NCBI GenBank assembly: GCA_951406725.2
Contig: OX597825.1
Coordinates: 28,210,001 to 28,274,000 of the forward strand
DNA length: 64,000 bases
Direction: 5' to 3'
DNA from: Octopus vulgaris
Lineage: Eukaryota
The position numbers and the translations under genes were made by a program. The first letter of the stretch is position 1. The number at the start of each line of letters is the position of its first letter. Below, in pieces: positions 27,240-42,030 of the stretch. The notes beneath the pieces were generated by a model. It was not told the DNA's origin and ran no database searches. It was given only the letters and a program-made list of their open reading frames with translations.

Positions 27240-27479
27240 CTATTTCGATTCCCAGACCGGGCGTTGTGAGTGTTTATTGAGCGAAAACACCGAAAGCCCC
27301 CCGAAGCTCCGGCAGAGGGTGGTGGTCATCCCTGCTGTACTCTTTCATCACAATTTTCTTTCACTCTTTCTTCTCTTGGCTTGCTCGCTTAGCCATCGGG
27401 GTTGCGTCATTGAAGGCTAAAACAATACGAAGCGCATTGTGACCAGCGATGTCTAGCAACATCTGATGGCCTGGTCGGT

Positions 27480-27487
<8 letters not shown>
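27240..27487 (+). mobile_element. SINE family C, 5'-truncated
   Basis: TTTCGATTCCCAGACCGGGCGTTGTGAGTGTTTATTGAGCGAAAACACC; tail ends GTCACGTGA then (TA)n. Confidence 0.8.
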
Positions 27488-27538
<51 letters not shown>

Positions 27539-27740
27539 CAAAATAAGAAATGGAGGAATACACTTTAATCAATCTTCAACTACCAGATAATACCCATTCA
27601 CATAATTTATTAACCAACTACATAGGAACATCAAGATCAAACGATTTAATACAGAACAAAACAGTACGCATCAATGAGTAATATGATACCATAAGTACAA
27701 TATGTATAAATAAATATAAATAAATATAAATATAAACCAG

Positions 27741-27867
27741 ATCTTACAGCTGTTTCAGCCATGTAGATGGGAGTATCTCATTATGCTCATATTAGCCAAG
27801 TGTGTTAAGGTAATATGTGGTTATAAATGAGATACTTACGTATATATCCCAAGGCCTCTTCAGAGAT
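27741..27867 (-). ncRNA. Type-I hammerhead ribozyme with ~92 nt extended stem II
   Basis: Minus strand ATCT-CTGAAGA-GGCC...GGCT-GAAA-CAGCTG-TA-AGAT; internal helices AGTATCTCATT/AATGAGATACT and CATATTA/TAATATG; lies in a ~570 bp segment (27540-28115) bounded by (TA)n. Confidence 0.8.
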
Positions 27868-28190
27868 TATAAAGTACAATTCAAATATGAATATAGGAGA
27901 AAGTACACATATACAAGAATAAGTACATATACATAATATACACATACATATAAGTGTATATACACATGCACCTATATATATATATAAGTATATACATAAT
28001 AATATACATACATATAAGGTTACAATTAGTCAAATCAATATATTAGAATATACTTATATACACACATCCACATGAAAGCGTACATATACAAAGTCCAGAG
28101 TTCATTGTATTAAGTTATATATATATATGTATATATATATATGTATATATCTATATATATATCTATATATATATATATCTATCTATATAG

Positions 28191-28222
<32 letters not shown>

Positions 28223-28999
28223 GTGTGTGTAAACACACACACAGAGGCGCATATATGTATATACATATTTAACTCACTCTCTCTATCTCAAACTCTATCG
28301 ACCCGTGTGTGTGTGTGTGTGTGTGCGTGTGTGTATATATAGACTGACAAGCAGAAGTACGTACACACAAAACACAAATATGTTCATAGATGTATTTATG
28401 CATATATACAATCAAACAATCATATGCATAGCTATATATATAATGTGTTCAGTCGAGGGGCGAAAATACATTGTTATCGCAATCAGCTGTTGCCTTCTTT
28501 ATAAATATGTATACAATCACGTTCTGGTGTAAATGAGCAATTACGCCAACCACTTCTGATTTATTAACAACAATATGGCTATAGTTATTACGGTCGTCCG
28601 GAATAATTCGATCGCTAATGACCTGCTAATGTCAGCTAAATAACCATTAGCGCACCAGATTTCTTATAACAGAGTGTAAGAGCGACGTAGACGCATATTA
28701 GACTCTATTACTGTCTGTTTACATTGAAATATCACCTGTTGACGCGGATATTTGGTTTTCGTCACACTAGTCTTGTTGTTGTTGATGTTGTTTTCTTCCA
28801 CAGTACGTTTCTGGCACAGCTGATCCAATCGTAGCAAATTCAATTCATGTTTAAGAGATGTAAGTGCTTATGCGCTATTTAATAGCTTGTTGAGTTATAT
28901 AGATTTGGGGAGAAAGAAAGAGAGAAAGTAAGGGGGACAGAAAGAAATTGTGCGGTGATACATAAAATATAAGGAACAGAACTGGGTAGAAAGAAAAGT

Positions 29000-29395
29000 A
29001 TTCATTTTTACTCTAAGCACAAGGCCAGGAAAATTAGGGGTGGGGCAGTCGATTAATTCGACCACATACGCAACTGGTACTTAATTTATCGTCCCCGAAA
29101 AGATGAATGGTAAAATTGACCTCGGCGGAATTTGAACTCAGAACGTAACGACAGACGAAATACATATTTCTTTACTACACATAAGGGGCTAAACACAGAG
29201 AGAACAAACAAGGACAGACAAACGGATTAAGTCGATTACATCGACCCCAGTGCGTAACTGGTACTTAATTTATCGACCCCGAAAGGATAAAAGGCAAAGT
29301 CGACCTCGGCGGAATTTGAACTCAGAATGTAATGGCAGACGAAATACGGCTACGCATTTCGCCCGGCGTGCTAACGTTTCTCCCAGCTCGCCGCC
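29000..29395 (-). mobile_element. SINE family B, tandem/dimeric
   Basis: Full copy 29165-29395 plus partial copy ~29000-29160 with a different tail. Confidence 0.85.
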
Positions 29396-29579
29396 TTGGG
29401 AGGAAAGAGGTATATTGAGTAAGAACTAAAGACGATCGCACTAATATTTTACAAGAAGGTACCCATGACCCGATAAGAAATAAAACAAAAGCACCTGAGA
29501 ACAGACTACGTTTGTTAATGTTGTTGTAGTTGACGAAAAAGATGACAACAACGACGAAGACGACAACGATAATGACGTC

Positions 29580-29611
<32 letters not shown>

Positions 29612-30204
29612 CGACGACGACGACGACGACGATGATGGTGCTGCAATAACATTGATCATCCCTGTCAGAATATTGCCTATGCTCAAAAGCATTGCAGTCG
29701 TGAGTGTCTCTTCCCTTTTTGAAGCGAAGCGAGTATGGAAAGACGGTTGTGTGTAATTTGAGAGAGAATTAGTTACATGTTTCAGCAGATCCTAATACCA
29801 CGTAGAGGCTCATTTTCTGTCCAGAACAAGACATGTGAATGATAACTTCGAAAACAGAACATTTTGTTTTGTTTTAGCGGTGGTGGAGTAAGATTCAGTA
29901 GATCTCAAGGATTTACCGAGAGCTTATAGAAAAACACAGGATATTTAGTCCTATCCTCTGCACGCAATAATCGCCATAACACACCCTGTTGACTTCTTAA
30001 GAAGGAGCGTTATTTCAATGTGTTACTATAAAATAGTCAGAACGCGTTTGCTGAATTTTAAGCGTTACATCAACAAAACAATGAAATCTGAGCGTTTTCT
30101 GTATGAGCCAAGTATGCATAAACAATGTGTATGTATAATTATATATTTCTTAAAATTATTTAATATGAAAATAACTAAATATTCAAAATTTGACACTGTA
30201 AATA

Positions 30205-30410
30205 CGAGAGGGTGCTGATTTTGGGTAAAAGAAAATGCAGAAGGACCAGTTAATTATGATTTTATTCAACATATGCCCCACTCAGATTCACACACTTGTT
30301 GCAGCGGTCCTTCGGCTTTTCGAAGCCCTATAAAAGAATTCGGAAGGTTGGGCCACTAACCAGGCTTTTCGCGATACCTTTAAAGCCAGGGACTTCTCAG
30401 CACTCCGTCG
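30205..30410. mobile_element. Tc1/mariner-type MITE
   Basis: TA-CGAGAGGGTGCTGA ... TCAGCACTCCGTCG-TA imperfect TIRs. Confidence 0.6.
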
Positions 30411-33400
30411 TAGGTAATTGTCAAATGAGCTTGATGTGGTGCAGTTGACACTAGACAGAGGTAGAGATTAAAATATGACTTAGTAATTCTATAATTCTTC
30501 TATATTATACCTAGATGCAGATTATGTATAGTGTGTGAATTAACTGAGCTGTGTTGTTTTTCTTTTTCTATGAATGCATAGTTACTTATGCATTCCATCA
30601 TCCAGCCTGGGGAGAAGGTCAATAGATGGCTTTGAATAAAAAGGGCTGATCAGTTGTTTCTGGCAATTATTTGCAAGATGCGATTTTATCAACCTTCAGC
30701 TATGTCCAGTGAGTGACCAGTTCTGATGTTGAAAGACCTGATACTACTAGAGACCCAAGAATCCCCAGTGATGATGCAAACGAAAGCATAGACATTTCAA
30801 GCTCTGCATAAAATCATTTCATTCTGACATTGTACTTATATCGCATAATATTCCCTATCACGGTTGAAGTTCTACTTATAATGAGGTTAGACGCAGGATG
30901 GGAGCGGAGTAGATTTATTGTTTTAGTTTTGAATATATCTTTTAACTACATTGAACTATACATGTTCGCATCCATCATGTTAATTCCATGATGACTGGTA
31001 TACAGCAAAGCTAAGCAGTAATTTGGTTACTGGATTACTCTCTTCCCACATTCTGTACTTCTTTTAATATATTATCATTTAGTAGGTAGAATTACAGAAC
31101 AATGTATGATGTTTATTTTGTAGTCCCCAAAACAAACCAGTTGTATTTTAATTAGATTCTGTTTTACTCTGTTCACTAATATGCGTATGTTAAAAAAATA
31201 ATTGATATTCATTATTTCGTTATTTCGTGTTATATTTCAGATTTCTCTAGCTATCCTGACGTGTCTTATCACTACTTCGTAAATCGATAAAATTCGTTCG
31301 GAGATGCCAATGTTATGGCTAATCTTTACCCGTTTAGTCACATGAATAGTTTTGTCTCATGTACAAAAGTTAACAAGACGGCACCTGGAAGGTTTTCAAA
31401 CTGCAGGAACACATAGAACTAAACATCATGTGGAAAGTGTCACAGCTAAGCTTTTTAGTGAGTTTTATTCTGTTTCCTCTTTCCATCTTTTGTTTCAAAT
31501 GCCCACGATCAGCCTTCCCATTGAAATGATATTTTTCTTCTCTTTATTCCTATTGGATAGAATTTTGCAATTTTCAATGAGGAGTGGACCATTGCCAGAT
31601 TCATTTCCCTTTTAACATCAGGTTCATTAATATCTTATTAGTGCGCAAAATTTGTACAAAGTGACTGCTGGCATTATTCTCTCCGCTGTGGACGATGCAT
31701 CAGTATTACATTCCGGGCCGCATGGGATGATGCCACATATTTCAGGAGTAACCTTGACATGTTCGAATTATGATTTTTCTACCGCAATTGTGAGCACTGA
31801 TGTCGATATTTCCGTTGACATTCAACAGTTTCCGAAAAATTATCTAGGTAGTTTCAGCTATTAACTAGGTCAGATATCGGAGGCAGAATAGTTACTATAA
31901 AAAATGATGCAAGCAATATGTGACGACTTGTACAACCATTTATGATAGAATGATTTCTATTCTCGTATTTCACCTGCAGCTGCTCATATTCGTTTCGCAT
32001 AAAATCTTAAAGTTGAAGGTATTAGATCTTGTGTCTCCGAACTGCTCTTTCTAATACATGAACGTATTTGCTTCTGTTCAAGTTTTCAGAATGCATTATG
32101 TCAAAGTTTAAGGCGTCGAACTGGCGTCGAGCTCGACTTTACCTTGAGGTCGATAAAATAAGTACCAGTTGAGCATTGGGGTTCATCTAATCGACTGTTC
32201 CCTACCCCGAATTTGCTGGCCTTGTGCCAGAATTTGAATCTTTTATTATGTTGAACTTCCTAAGTGACTTTCTGGAAATTTTTTCCAATTTTATCTATTT
32301 ATTTATGTTATTATCGTTATGTAATATTCAGAAATAAATTTGATTTTACATGTTACAGCTAAATCTACGCCGGTTTACAATGTTTTGCTTGTATCTTGAT
32401 TGTTTCTGCAGTCTATCAGCAACGTGATTGGTGACACACACAACCTAAAGTTTAGAACTTGGTATCTCGTTTTGTATTCCTCTTCACTAAGTAACTTTTA
32501 TATAAAATTCTATAATTTCCTCCATCACTTCTAGTTACCAATAATATTTTTCGTATGATTGCATTAAATCCAGCACTTTTACAGCATATCGCCAGAAATC
32601 ACTTGTAAGTTGTTAAAGGCATTTTGGTATTCACCTGCGTTGAATTTTGAACTATACATAAACTGACTTTGACCATGGGAGCGTTTTTGTAGTAGCCTGC
32701 TGATAGATTTAGTGATAATAATGTCTGGCTCTAGCGCAATGTTGGCATATTCAAGTTTTCATTATATCATGGATGACTAGGCGGTACTTCGTTTAGGGCA
32801 ATATTTTCCGTCTCGTTTTATTTGATCGATTTTACTTCATGAGTGGGTTTACCTTGAATAATCTCTTTTGACATCTTTTTAATGTCTTTTGGGTTATGCG
32901 TAGCTCACGACGCTTGATATCACACACACACAAACACACACATATATATATACATACATAACTGTAGTATCCGACATTAAATCCTTTATTCTGAGGCTGT
33001 ATTTATATCGCGTATAATTCCCTATCAAGATTGTAGCTTCATTTCATTATGGAATTGTACGCAGAATGGAAGCGGAGAAGAATTATAGCTTTAGCTTTGA
33101 TGATTTCGTAGATTTACTGTTAATTTATATTTAATTTAAATAAACGATCTCTTTAAAAGCTTCAAACCATTTTCGTAATGATTAAATTCACAGTTATTCA
33201 CAGCTTGAGATATCCTTCCATTAAGATTATTTTAATTCTGTGATCCCATCCCAGTGTACATACATAGATTATCTGCAACACATAAGATATTGTGTGGTAT
33301 ATTTCAGCATGTACACATAATAGATAATATTTAAAATTTAAATACATGTGAAAACATTCGTTTATGAACTTAACTGCATTCAATCGCCTAATCTATTCCT

Positions 33401-34556
33401 TGAGGTTATAGAAAGGTATTTGCACAGATCCTAATGTCTAGATGATAAACGATGCTGTCAACTATGTATATTTGCATTTATTCTACCACTGGTATTGGTA
33501 AAAAAAAGGGGTAAGAATTCGAATATAATTAATGCACTTTTGTAGATCAATCGTGGTGAGAATATCCTTGAATATTTTGCGGTGATGGTCACAGGTTATG
33601 CGAATGCTTGGTAACTAATAAAACAATTATCTGATATCGATAATTTATGATCGCTATAGAAGGGAATGTCTTTTTTTTCTTTCTTTCATAGAGAGATGGA
33701 GAAAACAAAATATAGGTTTATTTAAGAAGTAGAAGAAAATAGCTTTTCTTTTCAACTAATCGTATACTGGAAAGCTATTCATAAAATTTACCAGCTTTGT
33801 CTCTGAAATTCTTCTGCGTTGAGAAACATGTGGTTTGCTTCTAGTGCTCATGGCTTTATTTATTAGCCTTATTAATATTTGATTTCACATATCAGGAACT
33901 TTTTAGCTGGTTCACCAATAACAGTAAATAGTAGACAACTTAGATTATCTCTAAGATTAACCGAATGAAATCTCTATATAGATACTATCCTGATGAGACT
34001 CAAAATGAGTTCATAAAACCAGATGCACATTCGTGTGTTGGGGAAATTCAAGCGAAACTAAAACATAATAGGAGGTCTATAGACATCTGAAAATATCTGC
34101 CCTCCATCGGATCATAAATAGCCATCAATCTTAAAACGCTACCATTTCCAGTGTGTTTTACGTTTCTCTGCACCGACCTACCCTTGTATTTATTTGTTTC
34201 CATGCTTTACAAAAGGAACACTGACGGACCGCTCATTAGCGATTGGAATTTAAATACGGAAGTTTACTGATAGGTAAACAAAGAAAGAAAGAAGACTTAA
34301 AAATTAAGATGATAGCAAGTATAAAATTAGATACAAAAAAAGAATAAAGCAATATCAGCAGCAGAGAAGTAAACGGAAATGTTATCAGCAACCGAGTAAT
34401 GAGAATGAACATCAGGAAAATGATGTGTGAAGTGCTGAATATCCAAGGAACATTTGGAATAAAGATGTTCAACGTAAAAGGTTAAGAAGCTGGTTAAGGA
34501 AATTTCAAATTTAAATGGAAAGCAGGTCAAAGCAAAGGAATATTAATATTAGATAA

Positions 34557-34787
34557 GGCGGCGAGCTGGCAGAAACGTTAGCACGCCGGATGAAATGTGT
34601 AGCCGTATTTCGTCTGTCGTTACGTTCCGAGTTCAAATTCCGCCGAGTTCGACTTTGCCTTTCATCCTTTCGGGGTCGATAAATTAAGTACCAGTTACGC
34701 ACTGGGGTGGACGTAATCGACTTAATCCGTTTGTCTGTCCTTGTTTGTCCCCTCTGTGTTTAGTCCCTTGTGGGTAGTAAAGAAATA
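34557..34787 (+). mobile_element. SINE family B
   Basis: Full copy; TSD-like ATATTAGATA on both sides. Confidence 0.9.
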
Positions 34788-35118
34788 TATATTAGATATG
34801 TAAGTAAAAACAGACGCTTAAGAAAAGTCTGCGAGAAGAAGAATGAATAACAGAATAAATAGCTCTAAAGGGAATGGATTATATGATGAACTTATGCAAT
34901 AAACCGAGGATGTTGTAGTTAAGAACAGTTGTGGTTGACAGAAGGAAACCTGGAACTCTCCTCTCCGGAAAATACAAGCTAGTTCACTTTTCTCGATGAC
35001 TAGACTCTCCCCAAAAGCGGTGGATGATATTGCTCGCTATTAATGTTCACCAGGCCCGCTATGGTGGAATGAATATTAATAGAAGTGATAATTAACATAA
35101 AAATGATATATTGATACT

Positions 35119-35430
35119 TAGAAGAAGAAGAAGAAGAAGAAGAAGAAGAAGAAGAAGAAGAAGAAGAAGAAGAGGAGGAGGAAGAAGGAAGAAAAAGTGG
35201 ATGAAGAAGGAAGGGGAGGAGGAAAGGGAGGAGGGGAAGAGAAGGAGGAGGGACGGAGGGAGGAGGGAGGATAAGAAGAGTGGGGAGGAGGAGGTCTAGG
35301 ATGAGGAAGACTAGGAGAAGGAGGACTAGGAGGAGGAGGATAAGGAGGAATAGGAGAATGAAGCGCAGGAGGAAGTGAAGAAGAAGGAGTACAATGAGAG
35401 GAAGGGGGAGAAGGATGAAAAAAGAACATA
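35119..35430. repeat. (GAA)n and polypurine low-complexity tract
   Basis: Direct inspection. Confidence 0.9.
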
Positions 35431-36455
35431 GGAATGAAATAAGCACAGGTGAACGTGTTTCAACACCGAGAGCTAGGAAAGAAAAGGAAAGAAATAAATG
35501 AATTGGAAAAAAACATTAAATGAAATAGCAGAAAAGGTAAAAAAAAAAAAAAAAAAAAAAAACAATTACACAAACAGATAACAAATACTTGAAAAAAACC
35601 CCACCTACCCCGCAAAATACCATATGCTACCGGTCCTGCACCATTCTAAAAAAAGTCATTTAGTTGAAAGGAAGAAATATGATGACAATTTAGTAAAGAG
35701 AAATGAATGTTTCACGTCTGTCAGATTTAATTACACCTCTTTTTGTAAAACGTAAACTAAATAGGAAAACTGTTGATGGTGGCAACAAGGGGATAAGTCT
35801 TCCGTTCCGTGATTTCCATTATTGTTTACCTCTTTCCATTTATTCATTATTTTCTTTCCTTCTTGCCTTCTTTCTATCCTTCTATCTGACTGTCTTTTTC
35901 GTTTTATTCGTTTTTATGTTTTGTGTCTCTCTCTTTTGTAGTTTTTGTTTGTTTTTCCTGTCTTTTTTTTTTGTTTTTGTTTTTTCATTTCATACGTTTC
36001 ATTTTTGGTCTAGTAAACCGAGACATCGAAACTTTGGTTGTTTTTTTGGTATCATTTGATGGCTTTAACACTTTCGTCAATGTTTCTTGGAAAGTTTATA
36101 CGATTCAATGCGTCACATACACGTAGAAACACAGTTACAATGACATACAAAGACACACAAACAAAACACATCGCGCTCGATAACAATATTAGAAACACAC
36201 AGACTCACACATATTCTCACAGACATTTCCTCTCACATAGAGCACAGACGAGAAAAGATCTCAAGAAATTGTGAGAAAGTATTGAAATTAATATCAATGT
36301 AACCGGAAAAAAAAGCGACTTCTAAAGAAATATATAATTTTTTTTTTATATAAGGTGCACACATATACACACATTCAAACGTGTACCCAAAGACTTCTGC
36401 GTATGTTTGTCTGCATGCCAGACTGTTTCTCTGTACATACATACATACACATACA

Positions 36456-36486
<31 letters not shown>

Positions 36487-36509
36487 GTAGATTACGCACA
36501 CACACACAC

Positions 36510-36710
36510 ACGTGTACCGTTGGCGATTTTTTTCCTCCGTCTTCCCTTCTTTGTATCTTTCCTTTTCCTATGTTTCTGACGAAGAGCTCCGCTCGAAACG
36601 TAAAACCCCCCTTCTTTCCTTCTTTCCTGAGCGTCCAATAATCCTATACCTGTTCCACGTCCTCGCGGTGTTGTGTTTTCTCTTTGTGTTTTCATTTTTG
36701 GATTAACTAT
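36510..36710 (+). mobile_element. H1 element copy with intact minimal HHR (~36572-36606)
   Basis: GTTT-CTGACGA-A-GAGC-TCC-GCTC-GAAACGTA-AAAC; ends GGATTAAC then (TA)n. Confidence 0.85.
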
Positions 36711-36716
36711 ATATAC

Positions 36717-36747
<31 letters not shown>

Positions 36748-36788
36748 ATGAATGAAATTCAAAGATCTAATCAGGTACAATCTATTTA

Positions 36789-36860
<72 letters not shown>

Positions 36861-36861
36861 A

Positions 36862-36937
<76 letters not shown>

Positions 36938-36970
36938 GAATATATATAGATATATATTTATATTTATATT

Positions 36971-37144
36971 TATATTAAGGGCATTATTATACATAAATGC
37001 CTCACGCTGGGAGGGACTCTTAAAGTCAAAACTATTATAATAAACACATTTTGTGTCGGTACAAAATGTGTTTATTATCGTAGTTTTGACTTTAAGAGTA
37101 CCTCCTAGCGTGAGGCATTTATGTATAGTAATGCCCTTAATATA
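36971..37144. repeat. ~84 bp-arm imperfect palindrome
   Basis: TATATTAAGGGCATTA...CACATTTTGT-GTCGGT-ACAAAATGTG...TAATGCCCTTAATATA. Confidence 0.9.
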
Positions 37145-38061
37145 TATAAATAAATATATTTAAAGGGAAAATGTAATAAATGTTTCCCTTATGAGGTTTA
37201 TATACTTGTATGAAGTTGTAATAATGTGTGAAGATGTGTGCATGTTCGTGAATGCATAGAATAATAGAATATTACACATTTCAGTGAAAGTTTAAACTAA
37301 GTGCAGGATATCATATATATTCTGCTATGTTAATCTTTCTTAAATTAGCATGATATCTTGCGATATTCGACACGTGTTTCTGAATCACACGCCTTCTAGC
37401 AATGCTATGATAATATTTAACCTATTACACATACAAACCTACATACATATTTTCTGTGATATTTATAACTTGTCCTCAACCCGTAATGAACGGTTAGCGG
37501 TAACCATTAATTTCAATCCATCTATATATTTTCTATCAGTTTGTCTTTTTGTCGAATATATTTTTTCTCGACCGTCATAAGTTCATTTTCTGCATCTACA
37601 TATAATCTAAATACCCCTTATCATACATGTACTTTCGATCCTATCACCCTACTTCTAAGAATATTTCAGGAAAAGAGAGCAAAAATAGAAATAGATATTG
37701 CTCACGGTCCACAGGCTAGAATATATGTTGAACCGACAAAAAAAAAAAAAAAGAAAAAAAGAAAAACATTATAAAACAAGCACTAACTTCTCTAAAAAAT
37801 TTCTGCGATGAAAATAACATTTCCCGACAAGGATCAGTACATACATACCTAATTAACATGATTTCATTGTGTTTCATTTTGAAAAGACCAACTCCGTGTT
37901 TCTTGTTACGCAGGAACATATGTTGCCATACGGATGTTTTTGTGACCTTGTCAGAGAATGTATGTGTATGTGTATGCATGTGTATGCACATAGATTTTGG
38001 TATACATATTAATATATGCTAGAGTATGTATATATATATAAATACATATATGCATATATGA

Positions 38062-38116
<55 letters not shown>

Positions 38117-38413
38117 TATATATATACGTATATGCATAGGTATATATATGTATATATATATAGATAGATAGATATAGGTATATCTATCTATCTATATATA
38201 TATATACATATATATATATACATACATAGATTTAAATAAATATATATAGATATATAAGTATATATATACATATATGCATATACTTATATATATATAGGCA
38301 TATATATATACATATACATATACATGTATATATATATATGTATACATATGTATATATATATATACATATATATAGGCATATATATACATATACATATGTA
38401 TATATATGTATAC

Positions 38414-38474
<61 letters not shown>

Positions 38475-38960
38475 ATCCTTAAATATAACGAGAAGGTAGG
38501 AGTCCCGCTTGGCAATATATATTATCAAATAGAAATAGGTGACAAGGATAAAAAGAAAGAGGAAAATAACTTCATATCACTAATCGCATATGAGCATAGG
38601 GATATTATAAACAGCGCATTATTACTTTCCCAAAACATATGATTTATCTCACCGGAAGTGACATGCAGGCGAAATAGAATTTAAAAATATAAAGCTGATT
38701 ACGTGCATCAGTTGATTCGCTCAGTGAATACATACATACTGTCCATTACTACAACGTACGTCTTAATTCGCAGGTGCCAATGCAGTATATTGATACTGAT
38801 GTATGACTGTGTGTATATATAAATCGCGTATATTTAAACATACACACACGTATATATATAAGTGTAAATATATATAGATATATATAGAGAGAGAGATATA
38901 GATATATATGTAAGTGTAAATATATATGTGTTACATTATGCACGTACATATACATGTATG

Positions 38961-39020
<60 letters not shown>

Positions 39021-39033
39021 CACATATATATAC

Positions 39034-39067
<34 letters not shown>

Positions 39068-39118
39068 TTACACTTACATTTATATATATTTGTGTGTTTG
39101 TGTACCTACATGTCAGTG

Positions 39119-39158
<40 letters not shown>

Positions 39159-39305
39159 TATATAATCGTATTTATATACAAATATACATATGTTATATAT
39201 GTAACATATATATGTACATATATATATATATAGACAATCCTTAAATATAAATATAGGTAGGAGTCCCGCTTGGCAATATATATTATATATATACATACAC
39301 ACGTG

Positions 39306-39341
<36 letters not shown>

Positions 39342-39624
39342 TCTTATATCACTAATACACATATACATAGGGATATTATAAACAGCGCATTATTACTTTC
39401 CCACACACACACACACACACACACGTATGACACAGGCGAAATGTAATTTAAAAATATAAAGCTGATTACGTGCATCAGTTGATTCGCTCAGTGAATACAT
39501 ACATACTGTTGACCATTACTACAACACGTCTTAAGTTATCGCAGGTGCCATTTGCACTATATTGATACAAAAATGTATGACTGTGTGTATATATAAATCG
39601 CGTATATTTAATACATACACACAT

Positions 39625-39657
39625 AATAATAATAATAAGTGTAAATAATAATAATAG

Positions 39658-39701
<44 letters not shown>

Positions 39702-39715
39702 TAATAATAATAATA

Positions 39716-39746
<31 letters not shown>

Positions 39747-39776
39747 TAGTAATAGTAATAATTAATAATAATAATA

Positions 39777-39807
<31 letters not shown>

Positions 39808-39817
39808 TAGTAATAGT

Positions 39818-39893
<76 letters not shown>

Positions 39894-39907
39894 TAATAAT
39901 AATAATA

Positions 39908-39996
<89 letters not shown>

Positions 39997-40003
39997 TAAT
40001 AAT
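39625..40003. repeat. (AAT)n array
   Basis: Direct inspection. Confidence 0.95.
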
Positions 40004-40095
40004 CAACGAAATATGTACATGAATTTAATAGACAACCAGATAATAAATATATGTGTAACTATAATATATGTAATAATAATAATACATACACACGT

Positions 40096-40133
<38 letters not shown>

Positions 40134-40345
40134 TCTTATATATAAATACACATATACATTATTTCACTCACTCACTCACACACACACACACACACACACA
40201 CGTATGAACGCGTGTATTTTGGGGGAAATATTCAATCACAGTTCTATTTTCCTCATTCGTTTATGTGAAGCGTCTGTTGACCATTACAAACACTGCAAGT
40301 TATCGACCATTTGCACTACAAACAAAAAAACAAAAATAAAAGCGA

Positions 40346-40424
<79 letters not shown>

Positions 40425-40926
40425 TAGAAATAGTAACATACAATTCAAGACAATAAAGAAAAGCAGAATGGAACAAACGAAATATAAAACATATACAATA
40501 TAGAAGAGAAAATTGGCGCCTAGCATATTGTTATTGCTGGAAATATTACTGAAACAACATCTAAACACACATTTATATGCATATGTGTGTATATGACTGT
40601 ATGTATGCGTGTATTTATGGCTGGATATATTGGGTCTTTGTGTGTGTGTGTGTGCGTGAACGTAATGGGGTGTATTCTAGTCTACTCGTGGTTGGTGTGT
40701 TTCTATTTTTCTTGCTTTGTTTCCGGCATGTAGGCTTATAAGTGAAATATCATTTCCTATAACTAACATGTAATCAATTGTGAACATGAAGCGTAGAAAC
40801 AGAGGAAAGCCTCGCAGGAGTGGGGAAACCTACTTTGCGTACATAAGTACGTACGCACACACGCGCACACGCGCACACACACACACACGTGCACACACAC
40901 GCACTCACTTATACACACATACATAC

Positions 40927-40977
<51 letters not shown>

Positions 40978-40997
40978 CATATGCGTGTCTGTCTGTA

Positions 40998-41037
<40 letters not shown>

Positions 41038-41135
41038 CATATATGCCTATGTGTTTGTGTAATCATGTAATACATATATGTGTGTGTGCTTATATAAAAT
41101 GTATGCACAAAACACACGCAAGCACACATACAAGA

Positions 41136-41175
<40 letters not shown>

Positions 41176-41189
41176 ATACATATATATAC

Positions 41190-41288
<99 letters not shown>

Positions 41289-41418
41289 TGAGTGAGAGAT
41301 TGACTATACAACACTACATAAATATACACCCAGATACCTTTATCTGTGACCATAAATCATATACATATATATATAAACAGAAGCGTGTATATACACAAGC
41401 ACACTCAAGCACATACAC

Positions 41419-41491
<73 letters not shown>

Positions 41492-41767
41492 CATGTATAA
41501 TATTGCAGAGAAGAGTTATAGATGAGCGAGGGAAACCGAAGAGTGAATATAATATCACGTATGCCATCAAAGCGTATGATATCCGGACTGGGATATATTT
41601 ATGAATATTGCTCTCTTGCAGCCTTATTCTATAATGAACTGATCCAATATCAATTGATCACCACGTATGATACACTATAATAAGCTGCAATCTTTCTTTT
41701 CTCCTATGCCATTCACTCTCTCGCTCTCTCTCCCTTTCTATATCTGTGTCCCCTTTTGGCTTTCTTC

Positions 41768-41887
<120 letters not shown>

Positions 41888-41963
41888 GTGTATATATATA
41901 TATATATGTATGTATGTATGTATATATATATATATATGTGTATATATATATATATGTATGTAA

Positions 41964-42030
<67 letters not shown>

